64,000 nt of DNA. Origin: Klebsormidium nitens (Eukaryota; Plantae; Klebsormidiophyceae). Shown piece after piece: positions 1-8,843 of this stretch. How positions within the stretch are numbered: the first letter of the stretch is position 1; the number at the start of each line of letters is the position of its first letter. The DNA lies in contig DF237082.1 in the NCBI GenBank assembly GCA_000708835.1, positions 1-64,000 of the forward strand. Direction: 5' to 3'. The position numbers and the translations under genes are program-made. The notes under the pieces are model-generated. The model was not told where the DNA came from, made no database searches, and worked only from the letters and a program-made list of their open reading frames with translations.

Positions 1-498
1 ACTCCTGCGTGAGTTTCCTTTGAGGTTTGGACTAGTAGAAAGACTCCACTGGCAGGATGCTATTCCTGGCCATTCGAGATGTGAGAAGTGGAGCACAGAC
101 GCTGTCTGTTGGCTGGCTGCACGCCAAGCCTAAGTAGAATTTTGCCTGCGAGGCACGATGATGTCATTCTTTCCCCTCATCTCAGAGTTCTAATGAACCT
201 TGGCTGTTTTTGCAGAGGTTTCCTCTCTGATTCATTTTCAGGGGTAATGACGACACTCCTATTTCCTTGAAGAGGGAATGTTTGGAGCGAGTGTGATCGA
301 ACCCCTAGTTCTTCGGTTTCTTGCTTGGTGGCCATGACAGTAAGAGCTCTCTTATTTTCACTTCATTGGAAGTGAAGACTCTGAGAAGAGTGCTCTCGAG
401 CCTCCCTGTCTTTTCTCTGTCAATATTCCTCATTGCATTCGGTTTTCTTGAGATCATTTACTAACTGTTTACTGTTCTCTGCAGTGGAATCTGATTCC

Positions 499-2743
499 AT
501 GCGTCTTCTTTCTGACCTCACCGATTCTGCCGGGTTCGAGAGCTTCAGAAGACCCCCTTCTGCGCCTACCGAACAACCTGCTCCTTCCTCTGAGCCTACA
601 CCTCCTTCTGCTGAACCCTGGCTTCGCAACCGTCTGCGCGACAATCTCCAGTTCTCACGCTCTTTCTGTACGTCCATCTTTGTGCTCAGCATCATTTCAT
701 CAGGTTATCAGCTGCCTTGGGCCAATGGCCCTCCTCCTGGTCCCTAGTTCTTTAGAAACCACCCGTCTGCTGCTGAGCATTCTGCGTTCGTCTCTGAGGC
801 TGTCGCAAAACTTGTGGTTACTGGAGCAGCAATGGAAGTTTCCCATCGTCCTTTCATCGTTAGTCCTCTTGGAGTCGTTCCGAAAGGCATCGATAAGCTG
901 CGCTTGAATTTTGATCTTCGTTACATCAATAGCTTTTTACACATTGAGAGCTTCAAGTACGAATCGTTGAAGGAGGTCAGCTCACTTTGCAAGCTTCAGG
1001 ATCTGCTTTTCACAGTTGATCTTAAGTCAGGCTATCATCACGTAGATGTTAATCCTGATTTCTGGCAGTACTTAGGCTTTGAGTGGCAAGGTCAATACTA
1101 TGTTTTCTGCCAGCTACCCTTTGGCCTCGCAACAGCGTGCTTCGTCTTTACGAAAATTCTCAAACAGCTAGTGCAACGTTGGCGTAGCCTTGGAATTCGT
1201 CTGATCCCTTACATTGACGACTTCCTGTTCATCACTAGCTCAGCAACTGAGTTCGCTGAAGTTAAAGCTCGCGTCCTTGCTGATTTCGCTCAAGCTGGTT
1301 TTGTCCTATCCCTCGATAAGTGCCAACTCTACCAGAGCTTTGTAGTCAAGTTCTTAGGCTTTGTCATCGACACTATGCACGGAGTTTTCCGGCTTTCTGC
1401 TCATCAGAAATCGAAGCTTCGCGATGCTATCGCAGCCTGTAAGAGCAATCCCTCTAGAGTTCCAGCAAAACTCCTTGCTCGCGTTACTGGCTTCATCACG
1501 TCCATGAGCTTAGTTACTGGACCAGTCTCAGGCTTATTCTCGCGCTTTCTCCACAGAGCTTTGAACTCGCGCACATCCTGGCGCAGCCACGTGGCACTTG
1601 ATCCTAAATCCTCGTCTGAACTGGACTTCTGGAGCGATTCCCTCGAGTCCTTCTCTTCTCGGCCAATCTGTCTGCGTTCACATTCTCTTGTGCTCGTCCT
1701 TCAGTACGATGCTGGTGCAGATGGCTGGGGTGGCCATTTCCTCCTGAACGGAGTCGAGCACCGCGCGCGCGGCGCGTGGGCCGCTAATGAGCGACACGGT
1801 GTCCAGTCATCCACGTGGCGTGAGCTGGAAGGTCTTCGCCGTCTTTTGACAGCAGTTGGTCATTTGCTTCAGGGTTATCGTGTCATTGCTCGCGGAGACG
1901 CAATGAACGTTTTCTGGTTACTTAAGAAAGGCGGGTCACGCGCTCCTCATCTTCACAAAATCTGCCTTCAGATTTTCAGGCTCTGCCTCCATCTCCAGAT
2001 AGAACTTCGCCCCGAGTGGGTTCCACGCGAGCAAAACCAGCTAGCCGATGCTCTCTCTAAAGTGCGCGACGTAGATGATTTCGGACTCCAGCCAGCAGTC
2101 TTCTCGCAGATCCTTAGTGCCTTCGGCCCTCTCCACGTCGATCGCTTTGCTAGCGCGTATAACGCTCTGCTTCCCTGCTTTTGGTCAGAGCTTTGGACTC
2201 CGGGTTCGTCAGGCGCAAACGCTTTCACAGTCTCTTGGGCAGGCTCCCGCAGCTACTGTTTTCCTCCCCCCCGTCTAGTTGCTCGAGTTCTTGAGCATGC
2301 TCGCGAGTGCGCTTCTGAGATCGTCTTGGTCGTCTTAGATTGGCCTGGTCAGCCCTGGTGGCCTCTTCTCGTTTCAGTGCGCGCACGGCGACGCCTGGGC
2401 TCCGTTCGTTCGCCGTTCGCTCCGTTTTCCGGCCGGTTCCGCTACGTTCCGTCCTGGCCGAGGTTCCGCTGACGCCTTCTTTGGGCACGGGTTCCCGACG
2501 TGTGCCGTGCATGTACTCGACATCTCCTTTTCTGGTAAGCTCTCGTCTTACTGTTTTTCTATCTTCTTGCAGAGGTTTTCGTGTTTGACGACTGGAACCT
2601 CGATGCCGCTGGCCTGCCTTCTGACGACCCTGAGATTCAGTCACTTCATTCAGAGCTTCGCACAAGCGCTGCAGCATCCCGGGCAGCTGGCACTCTTAAG
2701 TCTTATTCTGGTTACTGGCAGCGTTTCCGCTCCTGGTGTATAG
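499..2743 (+). pseudogene. Retrotransposon pol (reverse transcriptase + RNase H + Dam-like methyltransferase-related domain), disrupted
   Basis: RT motifs SPLGVVPK, DLRYIN, DLKSGYHH, LPFGL, YIDD (1210-1221). RNase H acidic residues in YDAG, RELE, GDAM, LADALS. DIRS-type MT region VDRFAS...YCFPPP...WPGQPWWPLL (about 2137-2370). In-frame TAG at 745-747 splits a conserved-looking N-terminus (SIISSGYQLPW..GP*FFRNHPSA). A +1 frameshift near 2370 moves the natural continuation (WAPFVRRSLRFPAGSATFRPG) into another frame that ends at 2743. Confidence 0.85.
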
Positions 2744-3651
2744 GAAAAGGTGTTTCGTACCTGCCTGCAGCACCCCTCACCGTAGCTCTCTACTTTACAG
2801 TTCTCCTGCGTAGCGCGAATTCCCCCAGTCCCGTACTCAGTTCTTCTGCCGCCATCTTTCTCCACCATTCTTTCGCTGGCCTTCCATCTCCTACTAGCAA
2901 CCCCCTCGTCGCCATGTCCCGCGAGATCGCTAAGCGCACGAAACTCTCAGGCCAGAATGTCAAAAAGCCCCTCCTCGCTTCCCACTGCCGTCGCCTCGTA
3001 GAACTCTGGCATCTATCGTCTAGCGCGAATCTTCACACCAGAATGAAGCTCCTTTCCGTCTTGCTCTGCTACGCCGGCTTTCTGCGTTTCTCCGACGTGA
3101 TTCTCGTCCAGTGGCACGAAATCAGATTCCTTCCCACTCACATGGAGCTGTTTCTGGAGAAGAGTAAGACCGACCATTACCGCGTCGGTCGCTGGGTCTT
3201 GATTGCCAGAGTCGGTGGGCCTTTCTGCCCGGTTACTTTCACTGAGTATGTGCTTTTTCTGGGCCAGTATGACCGCCTTGATCCAAGCGGTCTCATCCGG
3301 TGTGTCACGATCTCGCGCGCGCGCCAGTACATTCGGTCGGAGCAGCCCTGCTACTCTATAGTTCTCTCTTGGTTCAAGGACGCCGCCCGCGTCCTTGGCC
3401 CGAACCCCGACGAGTACGGCACTCACTCGGGCAGACGCGGTGGCGCGACGCGCGCCGCTAACGTGGATGTCCCTGACCGGCTGTTCAAGGAGCACGGGTT
3501 CTGGAAGAGCGATCGCGCGATGGACTCCTACGTGGTCAGTAAATTGCAGTCTCGGTTGTTGGTTACGGCTAACCTAGGTCGTCAGCCTGACGTGTCCCTA
3601 GCAGAGCTCGTGCAGTTCGAGCGCGACGGCTTGCCGCTTGCCCACTCCTAG
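2581..3651 (+). CDS. Tyrosine recombinase of the retrotransposon
   Basis: Open 356-codon frame with the full catalytic set: R (LRFSD), K (KSKTD), HxxR (HSGRRGGAT), HGFW and Y (DSYV). N-terminal core-binding segment TLKSYSGYWQRFRSWC. No in-frame ATG until well inside the domain; preceded by a splice acceptor at 2572. Confidence 0.92.
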   Translation: MFDDWNLDAAGLPSDDPEIQSLHSELRTSAAASRAAGTLKSYSGYWQRFRSWCIGKGVSYLPAAPLTVALYFTVLLRSANSPSPVLSSSAAIFLHHSFAGLPSPTSNPLVAMSREIAKRTKLSGQNVKKPLLASHCRRLVELWHLSSSANLHTRMKLLSVLLCYAGFLRFSDVILVQWHEIRFLPTHMELFLEKSKTDHYRVGRWVLIARVGGPFCPVTFTEYVLFLGQYDRLDPSGLIRCVTISRARQYIRSEQPCYSIVLSWFKDAARVLGPNPDEYGTHSGRRGGATRAANVDVPDRLFKEHGFWKSDRAMDSYVVSKLQSRLLVTANLGRQPDVSLAELVQFERDGLPLAHS

Positions 3652-3688
3652 TTGCTCTGACCTGCCTTCCCCGCTCTGCCTCTAATTT

Positions 3689-3794
3689 TCTGTACGTCCC
3701 GCACCACGCTTGCCTATTCATTCTGTCTTCATACGACAATCACATTGTCTACGAATGTGCACATTCGAAATGCTGTGAGCATATTCAGAGAATT
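3689..3794 (+). repeat. Split direct repeat copy B1 (106 bp)
   Basis: TCTGTACGTCCCGCACC...CAGAGAATT, base-for-base identical to 4553-4658. Confidence 0.95.
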
Positions 3795-4552
3795 GTAAAT
3801 TCTTCACGTTTGAAATTAGTGAAGAAGTTCGGTTCTCTGCTGCGAACCGTAACTCGAATTCGAATCTCAGTCTGCGACACTGCTGACGTCAGCAGATCTT
3901 CGCCAAGCGAAGTATTCAAAAGCGAACGAAGTTCGCTCATTCTTCATTCTGCGATGTGCGAACCACAGACACTGCTTTCTCGACGCAACTCTCTCTCTAA
4001 GTTCCCACCCGCCCGCCCTTTCTTCTGCGAATTTGTTCTGCCGCTCTAGTTCCTTTTTCTGCAGTTCTGCGCCGCGGCCGCACTGCGCCCCTTCGAGGTC
4101 ACCACCAAGCGACTAGCGGCGGCCGCGTCCATTCGCCCGCGACGCGTCGCGCGCGGATACCTTTTCCCAATTACCACCTATGGCGAGGCGCCCGCCTGAG
4201 CCGGTGGAGGGTTTTTGATGGCCCGCGCGCGACGTGACGCTCTAGTTGTTGCTAGCCTTAGTTGCTTGGTGGTAGATGTCGAAGGGGGGTATTGCGTAAC
4301 CGCTTAGTCAGTAGCAGTAGTTTAGCGGCCTAGGTAGCGGCCCCACGGTCCTTAGCTGTTTGATCTGTGACATGTCGAGTTATGAGTCTGAGCGGAGGGT
4401 TAGCTTAACCCATCCACAGGTGCTACCTGTGCGAACGAACACTAGACGTTAGCAATTGTTTCGGCTCCTGAACTCAGCACGTTTATTCGTGCTTATTGTT
4501 TCCTAATTGATTTGTGGACCGTGGGGCCCAGGCCGCTGCACATGTGTAGCTG

Positions 4553-4658
4553 TCTGTACGTCCCGCACCACGCTTGCCTATTCATTCTGTCTTCATACGA
4601 CAATCACATTGTCTACGAATGTGCACATTCGAAATGCTGTGAGCATATTCAGAGAATT
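4553..4658 (+). repeat. Split direct repeat copy B2 (106 bp), right end of the element
   Basis: Identical to 3689-3794; flanking bases differ on both sides. Confidence 0.95.
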
Positions 4659-4951
4659 AGGGTTCAGGCGCCCCCTCTACATAAAATCTTTGCGAACAGC
4701 AAACACTGACAGATCTCAAGAGGATTCAGGGCGATCGGGCGGCGTCTGCTTCCTGCTTGCCCATGCAAGGGGCCCTTCGGTTGGTGCCCTGGCATTGCAA
4801 GCCTGCCGATAGTCCACATTGATTGGGGGGAATGCTCCAACTGTGGTCTGCAGAGGGGATAGGGCAGCGATGCCGGTGTATCGACCGAAGCATGCGGGAT
4901 CCTAATTGCTTGATACCTCCGCTGCTTCTGTAACTTTGATAGATCAGCGTC

Positions 4952-7676
4952 ATGAGCGGCTTCTTGGGGGACCTCAGTCCCCAACAGCAAGCCATATTAG
5001 ATGTTTTCAGGAAGTCGCTCATGCTGAAGGGCATGCTGAGGGCGAGGGATGATGACATCACATTGCTGCGATTCTTACGGGCCAGGCAGTTTGACCTTGA
5101 GAAAGCCGAGGCTATGTTTGCGGCCATGCTCAAGTTCCGGGAAGAGAACAATGTTGACACAATCAGGGAGGTAAGAGGTTCAAATGAATACTTAAGCCCT
5201 TAGCTTCCTGCCAGCATTCCCTGCTCAATGCTGCTCCAACTTCATCACGGACGATTGGTGGACTGCATCGAGATGAATTTCCTCCGGCATTTGGGTCTCC
5301 CCCCAATGTTGCTTATTAGCGGGCATCAGAGATCTTCGGGTCTTCCAAAACTTGTATCTGTAGACCATTTGAGACAAAGGACTTGCACATACGATTGCCA
5401 CAGAGGGAGCATTCAGAAGCATAAACTCTCTGTACCAACAGCTTCTTAAAGCAATTTCACTTGCAAGTTTGAAACCCTCTTGAAATGCCCCGATGGTTGA
5501 TTGGAGAGCCCTACTCTATGTGACGCCATAACTGTCCCTTGAAGAGTGGCAGTCCGCGATCGGAGCTTCAGCAGCTAATGGGGAGTTGCATGATGCTAGA
5601 TAGCATGCAAGCTCCACACTGTGATCTATTCAGCTGAAATTGGATAGGGATTACTGTGCTGATGCTCTGATCATAAGCAAGGACTTCCCTTCATTCAAGA
5701 CCCCCGTACTCTTTGGGTACAACCATGTGCTGTTACGAGTTTTGCAACAGCTAATGTATAAGCTGAGATTCCTCCCCAACCCATGTGCAGACATTCGCTT
5801 TCCCAGAGAAAGACAAGGTGAAGCAGTACTATCCGCACTACCACCACAAGACCGACAAGCAGGGTCGCCCGATGTACTTCGAGCAACTAGGCGTGCTAAA
5901 GCTGGACGAGCTGTTGAAGGTCACGACCTTGGAACGGATGCTGTTATACCACGTCCAGGAGTGGGAGGTCCTGATTGACACCAAGTTCCCAGCGTGCTCC
6001 AAGAAAGCAAAAACGAGCATCAACTCGTCACTCACGGTGCTCGACCTCAAAGGAGTGGTGAGTGTGGCGTGTAGGGGCACTCATGAGTGACTGCTGACGT
6101 CATTGCAATGTGACTGTAGAGGAGTGAGATGTCCTTTGGCTAGAGCTTGCAAACGTGGAAAGACATACAAATTGTACTGGGCACGAAGACAGGCTTGAAT
6201 TAGAATGACTCTGCAATAGTTGATACTCAGAGATTCGGTCATGTCACAGATCAGATTATTGTTCCTCTGCAACAACTTGCCTGTTGTTCTTTAAAGGACC
6301 ATGGAGCCTGGGTCAGAATATGTTGCCGATCGGCCCTGGCTACCCGGCTGAGCCCTTGCTCATGTATGGCCTTGATCAATTGGAAAGCACTGAGGATTGA
6401 ACTCTTCCTGTCATTGATAACCCTCACTTGGAAAGCAGGAACTGTCGAGACTTCCTCCTAAATCGTCTTAAAGGTCACACTTAGCTGCTGTGGAACCTGA
6501 AGCTGTCACAGTGTGGGGGGTTCTCGCTAAGGTCAGTATCCAGGGGACCAATGAAGCGTCCATGCGCTTTTCCGATTTGGTAGCTGCTTTTCTGGACAAG
6601 AGAACTAAGCGTGTGCCCGATCTATCCGCAGTCGCTGAAGCACATGACCAAGACGGTGCGCGCGTTCATCCAGAAGCTGGCGCGAGTCGACCAGGACTAC
6701 TACCCCGAGTACCTGGGCAAGATGATGATCATCAACGCGCCCACATCGTTCAAGGCCATCTGGGCGCTCGTGAAGCCCTTCCTCGACAAGCACACGCTCA
6801 AGAAAATTGAGGTGCACGGCAGCCAATTTTTGCCGCACCTGCTCAAGGAGGCGGACGCCGAGAGCATCCCGGCATTCCTGGGGGGTTCCTGCTGGTGAGA
6901 ATTCTATGGCGTGAGGGGCGAGGGATGTGACATTCGTTTCGTACCCCGATCTCAATTGTTGCTGGAGCCGCCTGAAGACTTGTCTGTTATGCCCGTCTTT
7001 CTCACGTTTGATGATGACGGGTTATCACAGTCAATGCTCGTGTGAACGGCCCTTTCGAGTCTGTTTGTTGGTTGGAGCGCTGACTCCGGCTGTATTCCGT
7101 GTTCAAATAACGGGGGGATGTGCTAAGGAGGGCTTGTTGCTTGCGGCAGCAAATGAGCCTCCAGAATGGTCTGGTTAAGTCGGTCAAGGGGGCCCCAGAT
7201 GCATAGTCCTTGAATACATGTTTTCAAAAACTGAGGGCAGCTGTGTGTCTTCAGTTGTAATCGGTCTTCCAGTCAGGCATATTCACACCTGGTCCGTTCA
7301 CTTGTCTTGTTGTGTCAGGATTGTCTTGCCCTCTCGACTTTTCTTGCTCTCGGCGACGGATCGTACATGAGTGAACGGAGAAAATGCATGCCACTCCGTC
7401 AGCGCCCGTCTTCGAATCTTTGGAAAAAAAGAAACTTTGGGAATTGATTCCTTTGCCCAGAGACTCGAGGCCCGTGGCAGCTTAGTCACAGCGCACAATC
7501 CAACAATTGTCCGTGAAAACTTTGGATCGAGGGGACTGCCAAAATGTTGGCTGGTTTTCTGATCCAGTGTTATTGATTGCAGTTGCGAGGGCAGGTGCCA
7601 AAACTCGGATGCCGGCCCTTGGCGAGATCCCACATACATGGTCGTGGAACCTTTAAAAGCGCAGCAGGTGACGTAG
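4952..7676 (+). CDS. SEC14: Sec14-like phosphatidylinositol/phosphatidylcholine transfer protein (CRAL-TRIO N + CRAL-TRIO)
   Basis: Exons 4952-5170, 5791-6057, 6632-6894, 7583-7667 with GT-AG boundaries in matching phase. Motifs LLRFLRARQFD, DKQGRP, DLKGV, QDYYPE, IINAP, KPFLD, FLGGSC, SDAGPW. The C-terminus ends at TAG 7674-7676 if unspliced, or at 7724 via a 48-nt intron. Confidence 0.9.
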
Positions 7677-8843
7677 CACGGTGCACTGAACGGGACAGGT
7701 GACTATTCTTTGCAGTCCAGCTAGACTTCGTGAGCTACACTTGCCGAGTCGGAAGTACAGAAGAGACCACTTTTACAGCCCGTATTCGAGGACGATTCTT
7801 TCATTCAGCAAAAGCAGACATTGCAGCCGTACGCAGGCAGCTGAGGTTACACGATGTCAGCATCAGCGTGATTGTCGGCTCGTACCAATCAGCTGGATAG
7901 GTTGCACGGAGTGACTTTACAGCTGGTTATTTGAGGGCGCCTCAGCATTTAAGCAGATTTTCGTACGTGTATTATAGAGGTACTCAAGAGGATTGAACTA
8001 TTGCTGGCATGCAAAGCGAAGTTAGAAACTTCATCTTGTTTCGAGGAGATTCATCATCAGCTTGTTCTTGCATCGAAAAAGGTTCATGCGAAAATTCTTG
8101 GAATTTTAACTGCTGGCACGACACTCGAAGGATAGTGACTAAGTTAGACGGTCACATGGTCGTGCGAGCGAGCAGTGATGATCGGCCAATGCTAGCTAAT
8201 TGCAAATTGATGATTGCGGAGAATCCCCCCGGCAGGCTCTACTAGCAGCAGGCTGCACACTAGCTGAAATCAATATAGTATATACGTATACTCCGACCTG
8301 CATGCAATTAAGTGTTGATGTTCTCACTGAGTAGATGCAGCCCGGTGTCATTGTCGATCATGTGCATAAATTTAATCAAGGTACCATGCACATGTGTACA
8401 AATTGAACAGTAAGCCTCCCAAATTGCATATGTTCATAAAATGCATTGTGCCTGATCGAGGCGCGGGGCTTCAATATCATTATATAAGTTTTGATTTTGC
8501 CCATGGCGGCAACTACTATTGGTCATATTGAGACGTGACTGAACTTCTTACCGCGTCATGTATCGCCTTGCATGGCCATATGCAGTCCCTAAATGATGAC
8601 GGTCAACAAGTGATGGCAGTCGCTCCGACCTAGGAGGTCCGTGAGAGTGCATACAATTGAATGCAGTGTCGGAGTTGGTAGGCTGGCAGACCAATGGTGA
8701 TTGACCGCAAAAGCCTGTCTCTCGAGCTCGACGATACTGGTCCAAATATTGGGTGGACGACGTTAGGTAACAGTGTTGGAATTGGATTTAGATTATGTTA
8801 CAGTCTCAGCGACCACTGGGTCAAGACACTTTGCTCATGACCC

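Larger units (their letters stand above)
1..4658 (+). mobile_element. DIRS-order tyrosine-recombinase retrotransposon with split direct repeats (PAT-like); 5' end lies outside the window
   Basis: RT-RNaseH-MT-like pol followed by a tyrosine recombinase ORF, then an identical 106-bp direct repeat at 3689-3794 and 4553-4658 (the B1...B2 layout of A1-ORFs-B1-A2-B2 elements). Host-like sequence resumes after 4658. Confidence 0.9.

Noticed and set aside
745-747. TAG in pol as programmed readthrough
   Set aside because: It lies inside the pol N-terminal region rather than at a gag-pol boundary, no readthrough context was recognised, and a second lesion (frameshift) exists. Simple decay is more parsimonious.
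3689-4658. Repeat-spacer-repeat as CRISPR or a conventional LTR pair
   Set aside because: Only two 106-bp copies 758 bp apart, both 3' of the ORFs, with no TG...CA ends and no integrase. This fits DIRS-order split direct repeats.
3650-4660. Hammerhead or other self-cleaving ribozyme in the element's 3' region
   Set aside because: No CTGATGA/GAAA core with pairing stems was found by eye. An Infernal scan would be needed to exclude variants.
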